This document shows positions 42,900 to 53,080 of a stretch of DNA of 64,000 nucleotides, piece by piece. The notes under the pieces were generated by a model, which ran no database searches, was not told the origin of the DNA, and worked only from the letters and a program-made list of their open reading frames with translations. The translations under genes were made by a program, and so were the position numbers. The first letter of the stretch is position 1, and each line of letters begins with the position of its first letter. Origin of the DNA: Escherichia phage CMSTMSU; sequence record MH494197.1, one strand, 5' to 3'.

Positions 42900-43430
42900 T
42901 CATAGTTTATCCCTGATGCCATTTAAAAGTGCTCTAATATGTTCCTGTACGAATTTGTACTGACTGTCTGTTCCTAGAGTGAGTAGCAATCTTAAATCTG
43001 AACTTTTGATGTGATATTCTAAATCATTATTTGATTCTTGCATCAGTTTCTTAAAGGATGAGAAGTTTGCAGCCATTAGTTCAATGTATTCTGCTGTTCC
43101 TAGTGGTTTGTGTATTGGCTGTTTGTGCATTTTAATTTTATTACCCTTTGAGTGTATTAATGTAATTATACACATTGGCTTTTGATAGTTAGTTCCCAGT
43201 GTAGCTTGAACATAGATTTCATTTAACTTAATAATTTTATCAGTATCTGGTAGTTTTGATGTGTTAATGGCAAATAACTTCAAAACAGTCCATTTAAGAT
43301 TGTTAGGTATTCTTCGTCGGTAATGATTCGCATTTGCATTGGATAAACCTTTTAGTTCTTTGATGTAATCATTAATATTGCATTCTTGATAGTTAGTCCC
43401 TAGGGTAGCTTGAACATAGATTTCACTCAT
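42900..43430 (-). CDS. family B protein with three tandem modules
   Basis: 176 aa containing QATLGTNYQ twice plus TLGTDSQYKFVQEHI. Confidence 0.45.
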   Translation of the reverse strand: MSEIYVQATLGTNYQECNINDYIKELKGLSNANANHYRRRIPNNLKWTVLKLFAINTSKLPDTDKIIKLNEIYVQATLGTNYQKPMCIITLIHSKGNKIKMHKQPIHKPLGTAEYIELMAANFSSFKKLMQESNNDLEYHIKSSDLRLLLTLGTDSQYKFVQEHIRALLNGIRDKL

Positions 43431-43533
43431 TAGAATATTTTTTCTTCATCAGGTAAATCTGTGGTCTTTGCTATATACAATTTTAGAATTAAACTACTTA
43501 ATAGTTCGTGGTATTCACTTGGTGAAAGGATTT

Positions 43534-43749
43534 TCATTTGCATGTTCTCAGTACAGATTCTTTAAGTTCATCGATGTAGTCCTCAACGAATTGCTCTTGG
43601 AAGTTAGTTCCAACATATAAAAGAACTCTTAAATCTGCTCTAAGTAACTCTTTTTCATCCTCATCTATATCAGACAATGTTATGTTTAAGAATTTACTTG
43701 TATTAAAGATTAACAATTCTGTTTGTTCACTGTGGTTTAAAATTTTCAT
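43534..43749 (-). CDS. family B paralog
   Basis: MKILNHSEQ start; core YVGTNFQEQFVEDYI. Confidence 0.45.
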   Translation of the reverse strand: MKILNHSEQTELLIFNTSKFLNITLSDIDEDEKELLRADLRVLLYVGTNFQEQFVEDYIDELKESVLRTCK

Positions 43750-43957
43750 AATCTCTTTTTGCTTTCCTCGACAGTAGGTACAAATACGATTCTTCGTATT
43801 GTGCTTGGAAGTTTGTGTTTAAGAGTCGAAACAACTTCTGTTCTTCTAGAACGAGTTGCTTATCTTCATAACAACGGTAGCGTATCAACTTTTTGTATTC
43901 GATGTTGATTACATCCATTACTATAAGCCCATGTTCATCATCTGTCAAGTGCTTCAT
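43727..43957 (-). CDS. family B paralog
   Basis: core LLNTNFQAQYEESYL. Confidence 0.4.
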   Translation of the reverse strand: MKHLTDDEHGLIVMDVINIEYKKLIRYRCYEDKQLVLEEQKLFRLLNTNFQAQYEESYLYLLSRKAKRDYENFKPQ

Positions 43958-44162
43958 GCTTTTTTCTTTTCCTGATGTGTTTAGTTAAAAGGTATATTAG
44001 TTTTCTGATGTATTCTTCCTGATAGTTTGTTCCTAGGAGTGCAAGAAGTTTTGCTTCAACTAAAGCTAATTGACGTTCTTCGAATGTGTGTTCCAGTATG
44101 TACTTTGGGTTTGATTTTTAGATATTGCACTATTAGTTTTCATTACAATCTTATGATATTCA

Positions 44163-44420
44163 TTAACTGTTAGGATTTTTAAATTCTTGAGCATGTACCT
44201 TTTCCTTTATAGAGAATTTAAGATATCGAAGCATACTTTCAATGTAATACTCTTGTCTGTCAGTTCCAAGAAAGTACAGGAGTTGAATGTATAAAACTTC
44301 TGCACTCCTTTCGGCATGTGACTTGTTTGTGTCGTTTGGAAGTTGATTTGTAAGTTTTCTGGATTTAATTAATCGTTCTTTTAACTCATCGTCTGTTAAG
44401 TATATCATTTCATTTTGCAT
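44163..44420 (-). CDS. family B paralog
   Basis: core FLGTDRQEYYIESML; N-terminus near-identical to 44457..44645. Confidence 0.45.
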   Translation of the reverse strand: MQNEMIYLTDDELKERLIKSRKLTNQLPNDTNKSHAERSAEVLYIQLLYFLGTDRQEYYIESMLRYLKFSIKEKVHAQEFKNPNS

Positions 44421-44456
44421 TTACTTTTTCCATAATAGTAATTTTGAGATATTTAA

Positions 44457-44645
44457 TTATACGTTCAATGTGATACTTTGCCTATCAGTTCCAAGAAGGT
44501 ATGGTAATGACTGGAATAAAACTTCTGCACTCCTTTCTGCTGGGGTTTGGTTTGGGTCATTTGGAAGTTTATTTGTAAGTCTTTTGGATTTATCTAGTCT
44601 TTCTGTTAACTCATCATGTGTTAAGTATATCATTTCATTTTGCAT
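44457..44645 (-). CDS. family B paralog, C-terminally truncated
   Basis: MQNEMIYLTHDEL... ends right after LLGTDRQ. Confidence 0.4.
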   Translation of the reverse strand: MQNEMIYLTHDELTERLDKSKRLTNKLPNDPNQTPAERSAEVLFQSLPYLLGTDRQSITLNV

Positions 44646-44881
44646 TTAATGTTCCTTACGTAAATTGTCTGGATTAAAAGTGAAATCCATTTTTCTACAT
44701 ATTGGTTTTGATACTGTGTGCCTAAAAGACTCTGCATTTTAAACTCTTCTTCGAGTGCATATCTCGTTTCTATAGTAAAGCTTAAATGACCATATTCTTT
44801 ATCGTATCTTCTCAGTGCTTCCCCAATTCTATCAAATCTTTCTGCTATTCTGATGTTATTAATTTTATTCATCGCATTCAT
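44630..44881 (-). CDS. family B paralog
   Basis: core LLGTQYQNQYVEKWI. Confidence 0.45.
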   Translation of the reverse strand: MNAMNKINNIRIAERFDRIGEALRRYDKEYGHLSFTIETRYALEEEFKMQSLLGTQYQNQYVEKWISLLIQTIYVRNIKCKMK

Positions 44882-44966
44882 CGATCAGTACACCTTAGTG
44901 GACGGGTCATTTGATAAAAGTACAGCTTACCTTTGATTTCCAATAGTAACTCAGCAATTAATCGAT

Positions 44967-45155
44967 TTACTTCTGGCTCTTGATAGTTTGTCCTAACAAT
45001 GCACCCATCTTTAACTCACGCATCATAATCATTTTCTTACTGTGTTGAATTTCTGGGTTGTGATAGATTGTATTACGTTTGTGTGTAATTTTTGTCATAC
45101 GCTCGGTATATTCATCTTTACTTAAATTGATCATTTGCATGTTCATCAACCTCAC
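44967..45155 (-). CDS. family B paralog, degenerate
   Basis: MRLMNMQMINLSKDEY start shared with 45563..45811; core degraded to LLGQTIKSQ. Confidence 0.35.
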   Translation of the reverse strand: MRLMNMQMINLSKDEYTERMTKITHKRNTIYHNPEIQHSKKMIMMRELKMGALLGQTIKSQK

Positions 45156-45562
45156 ATTTATTTTCGATACAAATCATTAGTTCTCTAAGATAGTTTTTAT
45201 CTTACCTTCCTGATGGTTCGTCCCGAAAGTTGCATAACTCTGCTTCTATCATTTTGATTCTTCTGGTGTCAGGTTTCAATCTTTTGTTATTGAAGATTTG
45301 AATCCTTATATCCCTTGATGCATTTAAACGTTTTGATATTCATGGAAAGATAAATTAATCATTTACTTTGTATCTCTCTCTTGAGGGCATCAATTAACAA
45401 CAGTACAGCATTCTCTTGATAGTTTGTTCCTAAGACTGAAAGCATCTTAATCTCATTTACTACGATCAACTTCTTTGAGCGTTCAATAATGTTACTATTA
45501 TAAACGGCGTTACGTGCTGGATAAGTTTTGCAAGACGATCATAATATTCATCTTTACTTAAA

Positions 45563-45811
45563 TTAATCATTTGCATTTCTCGTACATTTACTTAGTTTAC
45601 TCCCAATGTATTTCTTAAGTGTAATTATATATTCCTCTACATAATACTCCTGATAGTTAGTTCCTAAGAATGCACATAGCTTTGTCTCACGCTTCATAAT
45701 CATCTTATTTTCGTGTTTGTTTACTTCACCGAAATGGATTTCATTAAGTTTAGGTAAGATTTTTGCTTGGCGTTCTTTATATTCAGATTTACTTAAATTA
45801 ATCATTTGCAT
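45563..45811 (-). CDS. family B paralog
   Basis: core FLGTNYQEYYVEEYI. Confidence 0.45.
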   Translation of the reverse strand: MQMINLSKSEYKERQAKILPKLNEIHFGEVNKHENKMIMKRETKLCAFLGTNYQEYYVEEYIITLKKYIGSKLSKCTRNAND

Positions 45812-46014
45812 TTACTTTGGATCTCCTTGACTAATGCATCAACCCACATGTCTATATACATTTGTTGATAGTTTGTCCCTATGAGTGCCCTGCATAGAGT
45901 TCAGCTATCATTGCATGTTTTAGGTTGGCAGGATGCTCTTATCAGATTGAATCTTTACTCTTCTGTTGGCACATGTTTTCAGGAGTCTGATGTATTCAAA
46001 GCCTTGTAATTTTC

Positions 46015-46230
46015 TCATTCTTTAGATATCACCTTGTTACGTAAGGCACTTAACAATACGTCAGTGTAGATGTTTTGATAGTTTGTTCCTACGAAAGCAC
46101 CCAACTTCATTTCAGCTATTATAACACATTTGTCCTCTTGTGCAATAGACTTGTCTAAAGAAATACTAACAACTTTCCTTCTTATAGCTTGTAATCTCCA
46201 ATGATACTGATACTCATTTAGGGTTATCAT
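46015..46230 (-). CDS. family B paralog
   Basis: core FVGTNYQNIYTDVLL. Confidence 0.45.
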   Translation of the reverse strand: MITLNEYQYHWRLQAIRRKVVSISLDKSIAQEDKCVIIAEMKLGAFVGTNYQNIYTDVLLSALRNKVISKE

Positions 46231-46465
46231 TCTCTCGCCTCCATATCTCGGTTCTAATGTGTTGACATTGTGCTTCGATGAACATATCTATTGATTTGGC
46301 AATTGCGTTTTTATCTGTGCCAGTCATCAGTACAAGCATCTCGGCCTCACAGTGAAGTAAACGCATGATATCATAGGGTAATATTCCAGATACCGTGTCA
46401 TAGTGTTTCTGTGCCAGTGTCTGTAATAGTTTACAATACATTTTGTGATTTAGTCTGTGTCGCAT
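46214..46465 (-). CDS. family B-like paralog, degenerate
   Basis: LMTGTDKNAIAKSIDMFI in place of core. Confidence 0.35.
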   Translation of the reverse strand: MRHRLNHKMYCKLLQTLAQKHYDTVSGILPYDIMRLLHCEAEMLVLMTGTDKNAIAKSIDMFIEAQCQHIRTEIWRRENDNPK

Positions 46466-47587
46466 TGTTTATTCCATTCTTTTTGGCCCTCTGGGTTTTA
46501 TATTGGATTTGGTTTCTTAATGCTGATAAGTATCGTTGAATGAACAGATCTTGATAGTTTGTTCCAATGAATTTCATAAGATAAAGTTCACCGTTGATAA
46601 CATCCACTTCAGGTGCACCATATAAGGCATTGTTTTTCTAAGGGCATGGATTAAAGAGAATAGGGCAGTTTGATACTCAACTCCTGATAAAGTCTTCATG
46701 TTTTGTGAGCCAATAATCATCTAGTTTATCCTGTATAACATTCATTAATTGTTCGACATATTCTGTGCAAAACTTATCTTGATATTGAGTCCCATAAAGT
46801 ACAGCAACCATAGCTCATTAACTTTAGCTCGCATTTGGTTCCATGTAAGGCTGGGGTCATCGTAGACTATCCTTGCTATAGGGTTAGTTTACGGACTATA
46901 GTTTCATATTCATCTAGTGTTAAGTGTTTCATTTACATTTGTCCCTTATTAGATCAGTGAGGGCAACTATGTGTGCAACAACATACTCTTCCTGAAAGTT
47001 CGTCCCAGTACAGCCATCATGCGTATATCGGTGGTGTTTATCCTGTGTTCCCTTACACATAAACCTTCTGTGTGAGGAAGTGTAAAATATTTGTTTATTG
47101 CAGCAATGATAATTTTATTCTTCTCGGAATTACTTAAATGTTTCATAGTTTGCTCTTAATGTATTTCTGGAGTGCAATTATATACTCATTCAAGAAGTGC
47201 TCTGATAATCTGTGCCGAGGAATGCACCCAATAGTATATCATTTTCCAATACTAATGCTAAGTTCAAATCATCAGTCTCTTCATATACTATGAGAATTTC
47301 AAGTTGTCTGGCAGCGACGCGTTCGGTATATTGATTTGAGTTTGCAATGATATTCATAGTTTACTCTTTATGTAATTCTTGAGTGCAATTAAGTATTCCC
47401 CTACATAATACTCCTGAAAGTCTGTATCCAAAAATGCACCCATAAGTAAATCTTTTTCTAATACCCTTGATAAGTTAAGGTCTGCATTTGAAAGGTATAT
47501 AAGTAAGATTTCACCCTGTGCGGAATTGAAACGTTTCTTATATTCTTCTGGTGTTAAAAAATCATAGTTTACTCTTAATATCTTCTA

Positions 47588-47770
47588 TTAAAAATGAATC
47601 CAATCGTCAACATACTCTTCCTGATGGTTTGTGTTCAGTACAGCCAACATGCGGATCTCTGCTCTTGCAACTTGGATTTCAGTTTTAGAAAGGTCTTTGC
47701 TGATATCAAACATTAAGTCCATGTATTTCAAGATAAGACCGAATGATTGGGTTCGTGTTATAGTTTTCAT
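47588..47770 (-). CDS. family B paralog
   Basis: core VLNTNHQEEYVDDWI. Confidence 0.4.
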   Translation of the reverse strand: MKTITRTQSFGLILKYMDLMFDISKDLSKTEIQVARAEIRMLAVLNTNHQEEYVDDWIHF

Positions 47771-47967
47771 TGTTTCCTCGTGGACAATATTTCATTTTTC
47801 AATGCATCCATATATTGAATCACCCATCTTCCCTGATAGCTTGTTCCCAATGTAATCAAAAGGTATAACTCAATTCGTTCTAAGTTTGTGTCTGTGTTAT
47901 AAATCTTTACCATGTTTTTACGTAACAGTTCTTGATAATCTTCTTTATTTAAAATACGCATTTTCAT
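47767..47967 (-). CDS. family B paralog
   Basis: MKMRILNKEDYQ start; core TLGTSYQGRWVIQYM. Confidence 0.45.
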   Translation of the reverse strand: MKMRILNKEDYQELLRKNMVKIYNTDTNLERIELYLLITLGTSYQGRWVIQYMDALKNEILSTRKQ

Positions 47968-48161
47968 AGTCTACCTTTTATGTCCCTTCGTAATTCTTGT
48001 AAGTATAGTTCGATATACTTTTCTTGATAGTTAGTTCCTATGAAAAGTTTCATAACCAATTCACGCTTATATGCAATACCACGGATATGTGACATATGTA
48101 GGATATATGCCATGTTGGATATGAGTGTGTGGTTGTGCTCTTCTTCAGTTAAAATACGCAT
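47964..48161 (-). CDS. family B paralog
   Basis: MRILTEEEH start; core FIGTNYQEKYIELYL. Confidence 0.45.
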   Translation of the reverse strand: MRILTEEEHNHTLISNMAYILHMSHIRGIAYKRELVMKLFIGTNYQEKYIELYLQELRRDIKGRL

Positions 48162-48877
48162 AGGGACTCCATTAAAAATAATATCAATCCCATAATATAC
48201 GATTCATATAAAAGTCAATAACATTTTATTCGTAATACCCTTTATCGAAGTCGCTAAGGTTACCCGCCCTTTAGCCCCTACGCATTTTGCCATAGTCCAA
48301 TCCTTTTATTCATAAAAGTCAAGGGATTACCTATGCATTTTTTAACGCTGAAGTTTAAAAATGCCTTGACTTTTTATGATTCAGTACTAAATCCTTTTAC
48401 GCATTAATCCTTCGTTACGCTTACGATTATCTGTGTATCCCCATAGTCCTGCCATACTTCCACGCCAGCCGTCGCCCGGTTAGTCGTGCTGTCATCTGCT
48501 TAATGGTCTTAGGCTTTAGTGGAACCTGTTGCAGTACTGTACGCATAGTATCATCGACGTTATCGTGTACGCCTGCAATAGTGCCTAGGACGCTGTATAC
48601 GTGTATAGAACATATGTATGCCCTCCTGATATAGTTAAGGCCGCTACAAGGCGGCCTATGATGTTTGGTGATGTGTAACGCTTACAGTCCTAAGATAGTG
48701 CGTGCTTCGTTACGTTCCGTGCACAGCTGCATGATGTGAGCAAGTAAGTCCTTGCTAATGTATCCGGTGTTCATAGCTTCACGAATAGATACATCATAAG
48801 CACCGAACCCGTGCGAACGATACGCACATCATTCAGGTTAGTATTATAGATACCGCCGAGATCAACGGCTTCGAATA

Positions 48878-49081
48878 CTACATCAACAGAATATTCATTG
48901 TTGCCATCGTGGAAGTTTTCCAGTGCAATAGTATTGGATACCGCCCAACGTTTGCAGTTTCAATGATGCGGCACTGTTCCGGTTGGATAGTGCCATTACT
49001 TACAGCGTACTCCAGTGCATCTTTACCAAAAGTCCGAGCCAGTACTAAAACGTCAGCGAAGGAAGTGATTGAGAAGGTCAT
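48878..49081 (-). CDS. hypothetical small protein (67 aa), probably continues beyond a frameshift
   Basis: ATG MTFSITSF... with AAGGAG SD directly downstream of a promoter/stem-loop cassette; the track merges it with the upstream gene because no stop intervenes. Confidence 0.4.
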   Translation of the reverse strand: MTFSITSFADVLVLARTFGKDALEYAVSNGTIQPEQCRIIETANVGRYPILLHWKTSTMATMNILLM

Positions 49082-49099
49082 GATAAAACTCCTTAATTT

Positions 49100-49161
49100 A
49101 GGAGGGAGAACCATTTCCTCTCTATGTAAAACATTATACATGAATCTAAGTACTATGCAAG
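49100..49161 (-). promoter_or_regulatory. PeSL-like cassette (promoter plus 5' stem-loop)
   Basis: minus strand TTGCAT - 16 nt - TATAAT, then short hairpin, then SD/ATG. Confidence 0.5.
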
Positions 49162-49164
49162 TAC

Positions 49165-49498
49165 TTTTACATTTTAATACCGGATTCAGGTAGCGGTGAG
49201 ATCCATATTCTGGATCGGTTTCGGTCCAGTACTGTAAATCGATAGTACCTTTCGCGTTAATCTTGTCTACCAGCTTATTCATCTTAGCGTATACTACGTC
49301 AGCATCGATGCGTTTAAAGCCAGTAGCTTTAGTGAAGTAGTAGTGATTTGCTTCACTATCATTAAGGATATACCGAGCACCGTTTGCCGTTTGTGCGATA
49401 ATGATTGAGTATTCTACGTTACGGTCGAGGCCGTCGATGAATACAGAGGAAACATTAGTACGGATGAAAGCTTTAACGATAGCGATTGAAGTAGTCAT
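49165..49498 (-). CDS. hypothetical protein, 3' end unresolved
   Basis: MTTSIAIVKAFIRTN...; reading frame runs through the downstream cassette without a stop. Confidence 0.35.
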
Positions 49499-49587
49499 TT
49501 TGAATCTCCTAACTTTGTGGGCCGTCGCACCATTGCCGCCCTACGAGATACATTATTGCAGTACTGATATACTTTGTCAATACTTTT

Positions 49588-49725
49588 TATTAATAGTTTT
49601 AGTTCCACCAGCAGATAGTTACTCACCGTTATTAACTATATATTTTGGATACACCTATGCACCCTGTGGGCTAGTTTTTGTCTATGCGTATATATAGCAG
49701 GACTGACCGAGTCAATCCCTTTTTA
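49588..49725. repeat. ~130 bp repeated intergenic element, copy 1
   Basis: shares ATGCACCCTGTGGGCTAG ... TATATAGCA(A)GGACTGACCGAGTCAATCCCTTTTT with copies at 52.3, 55.6 and 60.1 kb. Confidence 0.6.
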
Positions 49726-49956
49726 TTCTTTTTGTTAGATGATTCTCCAATCATCAACGATCATGGTAAGATACCGAACCAGTGATTCGAGTGATTCGTG
49801 TTCTCGATAGTCTGCCGCTCCACCAGCGGTACAAGTACAGCCGATTAAGCCGTTTTGTAGTTCCGGATCTTTACGTCGATCTGGTTGGCTTTAGCTTCTT
49901 TCAGTACTTCAACCGGGCGAGAGCGATAGACATAATGTTTTACTCCAAACTATTGG

Positions 49957-50016
49957 CGGGAGAACTATTCCCCGCTCTATGTAAAACATTATACATTACT
50001 GGTTAGTACTGTCAAA
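49957..50016 (-). promoter_or_regulatory. PeSL-like cassette
   Basis: TTGACA - 16 nt - TATAAT on minus strand, hairpin GCGGG...CCCGC just downstream. Confidence 0.55.
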
Positions 50017-50022
50017 TAGTTT

Positions 50023-50280
50023 TTATGAAATATCTTCGATGTAGTCGGCCCATTTCATTTTTTCAGTACTGTCAATGGCTACCGGATTATTTGGATCAAA
50101 CCATTCACCATTACCGCAGTACATACCCACGGCTACGGTTTTATAGCCATCCCGGGCCGCACACCACGACATTGCACGATAGATATGGCCTTTAACTGGT
50201 TGCAGTACTGGTAACGTTTTATGGTCTTCTACGTAGGCCATAGCTTGTGGATTTACCCGATATTGTGTGAACTGTTCCAT
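50023..50280 (-). CDS. hypothetical protein (85 aa)
   Basis: track ORF; promoter-like sequence upstream. Confidence 0.45.
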   Translation of the reverse strand: MEQFTQYRVNPQAMAYVEDHKTLPVLQPVKGHIYRAMSWCAARDGYKTVAVGMYCGNGEWFDPNNPVAIDSTEKMKWADYIEDIS

Positions 50281-50593
50281 TATGTTTCCCCTTGTAGTTA
50301 GTAAAGTTATTACATCAGTACTATCAAGCTATGTCAATAGTACTGAAATAAAACTTTTAGATTAGATTATTGAGGCCGTCAATGGTAGACTCACTTTCTT
50401 CTTTCTCCCATTGTCGGTAGTACTTCCATGCTTCATGATAGGTGGCGATCAGTTCATCTTTTGATCCGGTTACATGCCAGTACTGAATCACGGTGAGCGG
50501 TGTTATAGATAGAATCGAATGATTTCTTCTCTTCTGCCGTTAGCTACTTCCCGCATCAGTTCATCAAAGTTAGCCATTTTATTACTCCTTTTA

Positions 50594-50650
50594 GTGGGGA
50601 GGATATCTCCCTATGCAAAACATTATACTTTGTTTTAGTTATTATGCAAG
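50594..50650 (-). promoter_or_regulatory. PeSL-like cassette
   Basis: TTGCAT - 15 nt - TATAAT; hairpin GGGAG GATAT CTCCC. Confidence 0.5.
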
Positions 50651-50902
50651 TACTTTTTCATATAAACATTAAATTCTACACCGCCGTAACCTTCCACGAT
50701 GATATGTTTTGCGTTATCACGTTTGCACATAGTGAAACCATCGTTTACGTGTTTTGCATTTTCGGGCGACATCACCGATAGCGGCACATACGGCACTAAT
50801 AACAGTATTCCGCAAAGTACTGGTATCATTGGCGGTCATAGTAGTTTGCAGTACTACGTTGTCGTATACGTGTGCATTGATAGTGATTTCGATAGTGTTC
50901 AT
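50635..50902 (-). CDS. hypothetical small protein, frame-shifted
   Basis: ORFs 50717..50902 and 50635..50829 overlap in two frames and look like one gene. Confidence 0.35.
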
Positions 50903-50916
50903 GGTGTATCTCGACT

Positions 50917-50978
50917 GGCGGGAGAACTATTCCCCGCTCTATGTAAAACATTATACGTTAATCTAACTACAATGCAAG
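50917..50978 (-). promoter_or_regulatory. PeSL-like cassette
   Basis: TTGCAT - 16 nt - TATAAT; hairpin GCGGGAGAACTATTCCCCGC. Confidence 0.55.
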
Positions 50979-51233
50979 TACTTTTAAATTTTATTTCCGA
51001 TATAGTCCGGTCTATTCTTTTCGGTCATACGCTTTGCTAATGTTTGCATATGGCTTATTGCTTGTAGTGTATCCTCTTCCGGGATGAATCGAGATAATCA
51101 GGATCATTCTTCACCTTGCAATGATTATGATAGCGTAGTACTGCCAGTACTTTTTAACTTCTTCTACTGTCATAATAAGTACCCACTTCGTTAGCTTTCA
51201 GGTTAGTATCAATCATCAGTGGATTTTTGTAGT

Positions 51234-51440
51234 TCACAAAACGAGTAGTTTTCTCGATAGCGAATCCCATATAATCCAGCTTACTAACAGTACATTCATT
51301 CTTAAAACTTCTTTCGCTGCATCGATGGCTGATTGCATGGATAACCGACCATCTAAATTAATGTTTCCAAATGATCCACCAGCAGAAGTAGGATTACCGT
51401 TCATATCTTTAATGATCATAGTAGCGGAGTAGCTGGACAT
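51234..51440 (-). CDS. hypothetical small protein
   Basis: track ORF 68 aa; AAGGA SD; cassette immediately upstream. Confidence 0.45.
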   Translation of the reverse strand: MSSYSATMIIKDMNGNPTSAGGSFGNINLDGRLSMQSAIDAAKEVLRMNVLLVSWIIWDSLSRKLLVL

Positions 51441-51463
51441 AATTTTGTTTCCTTTTATTGGTG

Positions 51464-51520
51464 TGGGAGAACTATTCTCCCTTGATGTAAACTATTATAC
51501 AGTACTGATATACTTTGTCA
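51464..51520 (-). promoter_or_regulatory. PeSL-like cassette
   Basis: TTGACA - 16 nt - TATAAT; perfect hairpin GGGAGA ACTAT TCTCCC. Confidence 0.6.
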
Positions 51521-51559
51521 AATACTTTTATTCGCCCATATAGATTAGATTATCATCGC

Positions 51560-51930
51560 CTACATAGGATCGCAAACGTTGATTTCTTCGCAGTACTTCG
51601 TGAATACATCGCCATAGTGACCTAAACCACGATCCCAAAACCAGTTCCGTGACCTTCGCGGGTAAGGAACAGATCATGACCAGCTTGCTCATAACCGTAA
51701 TCAATAAACATACCGCGAACTACTTCCAGATCATTACCGTGTTTCTCAATGAAGCGAGAACATGCAATCACTGCCGCTTGATGGGCTTGCTCTGATAATT
51801 CATAATCTTCCGTAATCGCCGTTCTCATTGTGTACAGTACTGAATTGCATAGCTTCAATGTAAGCTACAACCATTGCAGCATGATTTTTATCGTTAGTGA
51901 TGTTCCGAGCGAGATTAGTAGTAGTAGACA
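51560..51930 (-). CDS. hypothetical protein, frame-shifted
   Basis: ATG MSTTTNLARN...; continues in two other frames through ...REGHGTGFWDRGLGHYGDVF... Confidence 0.35.
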
Positions 51931-51951
51931 TGATTTTATTCCTTTTAGTAT

Positions 51952-52009
51952 CGGGGAGAACTATTCTCCCTTGATGTAAACTATTATACAGTACTAATAT
52001 ACTTTGTCA
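51952..52009 (-). promoter_or_regulatory. PeSL-like cassette
   Basis: TTGACA - 16 nt - TATAAT; hairpin GGGGAGAACTATTCTCCC. Confidence 0.6.
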
Positions 52010-52254
52010 ATACTTAATTACGTTTAAAATGATATGTGCCTTTATCATCCTGTACGCCCCATACTGATTTACCATCAACACCAGTGAAGCCGGATTGTAA
52101 TTCAATATGGAAACCATTATTATCAACTACAAAAACTTTTTATTTTCATCCCGATAACATTGATATTCTGAATCAACATTAAAGGCCGCATCATTCAGAA
52201 GATTAGAAGCGTAAATGCAAGTCATTGTAGTCATGATTTTATTCCTTATTGCCG

Positions 52255-52308
52255 TGGAACCGTTCCTCTCGATATAAAACATTATACTTGATTCTAAGTA
52301 TAATGCAA
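52255..52308 (-). promoter_or_regulatory. PeSL-like cassette
   Basis: TTGCAT - 16 nt - TATAAT; hairpin GGAAC C GTTCC, stem sequence differs from other copies but pairing is kept. Confidence 0.55.
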
Positions 52309-52311
52309 GTA

Positions 52312-52446
52312 CTTTTTAAAATAGTTTTCAGTACTGAATACTTATATAATAGATACACTTCCGCACCCTATGGGTCAGTGAGTTATCTCTCAATGGATAT
52401 ATATAGCAAAGGACTGACCGAGTCAATCCCTTTTTAATCTTTTTAT
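52312..52446. repeat. ~130 bp repeated intergenic element, copy 2
   Basis: CGCACCCTATGGGTCAGTGAG...GGACTGACCGAGTCAATCCCTTTTTAATC. Confidence 0.6.
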
Positions 52447-52507
52447 CGTGTTACCTTACTTGCTGCCACATCACGCTTTTTATAGTACTGATTCCAGATA
52501 TTGCTGG

Positions 52508-52825
52508 TTAAACCGTAATCAAGTACTTTAATAAGTCCATTACGATCCCGCCGATATTCTGTTTTCTGATATCTCTTATCGTTAGTGTTGATAATGTATC
52601 ATCGACGTGTTGTAGTGCATCAGCAAAGCGGTGCTGGCGTTCAATGGCATTACGTTTAATATTGTACTTTAATTCATTGCACGCGTTTACGTGCTTTACA
52701 CTGCCTTTACTTGCAGTACTCAACCGATCCATAACGATAAACATATTATCAGGATCGCATAAATGCATATGCACCTTTGCAAAGTACTGTTTCAACTGAG
52801 GGCGGTCATAGTCTAAAAATTCCAT
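52508..52825 (-). CDS. hypothetical protein (105 aa)
   Basis: track ORF. Confidence 0.45.
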   Translation of the reverse strand: MEFLDYDRPQLKQYFAKVHMHLCDPDNMFIVMDRLSTASKGSVKHVNACNELKYNIKRNAIERQHRFADALQHVDDTLSTLTIRDIRKQNIGGIVMDLLKYLITV

Positions 52826-52891
52826 ACCTTACATTCAGTTTCATTTTGTTCGACACCCGCATCACAATTCGCGACCTTAATCACTAACCGA

Positions 52892-53080
52892 TCATTTAAA
52901 GCGAAAACTATACGGGAAGATCCGCCCGATGATCTCCAGTCCAGCTAACCGACAAGCTGAAAGGATCTCTTTGTTGGTTTCCATTTCTGACAGTGTACGG
53001 ATGAATTTAGTATAATTACGCATTGCATGTTCTCCTTGAGTTAATGAAACTATATTACAGTACTTTACTATCAATGGCAA
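52892..53080 (-). CDS. hypothetical small protein
   Basis: track ORF 62 aa. Confidence 0.35.
   Translation of the reverse strand: MPLIVKYCNIVSLTQGEHAMRNYTKFIRTLSEMETNKEILSACRLAGLEIIGRIFPYSFRFK

Noticed and set aside
39965-48161. CRISPR array suggested by a conserved ~20 bp element recurring every 200-250 bp
   Set aside because: Spacing is far too long and irregular for CRISPR. The intervening sequence encodes proteins with SD/ATG, and the conserved element is the coding core of family B with synonymous variation.
48878-49498. Single 206 aa ORF from the track
   Set aside because: A complete promoter/stem-loop/SD cassette lies inside it at 49100-49161 with an ATG at 49081, so it is better explained as two genes with a lost or misread stop between them.
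51464-51480. Cassette hairpins as rho-independent terminators of the upstream gene
   Set aside because: They are not followed by a U-run in the direction of transcription and sit downstream of the -10 element, i.e. inside the 5' leader of the next gene.
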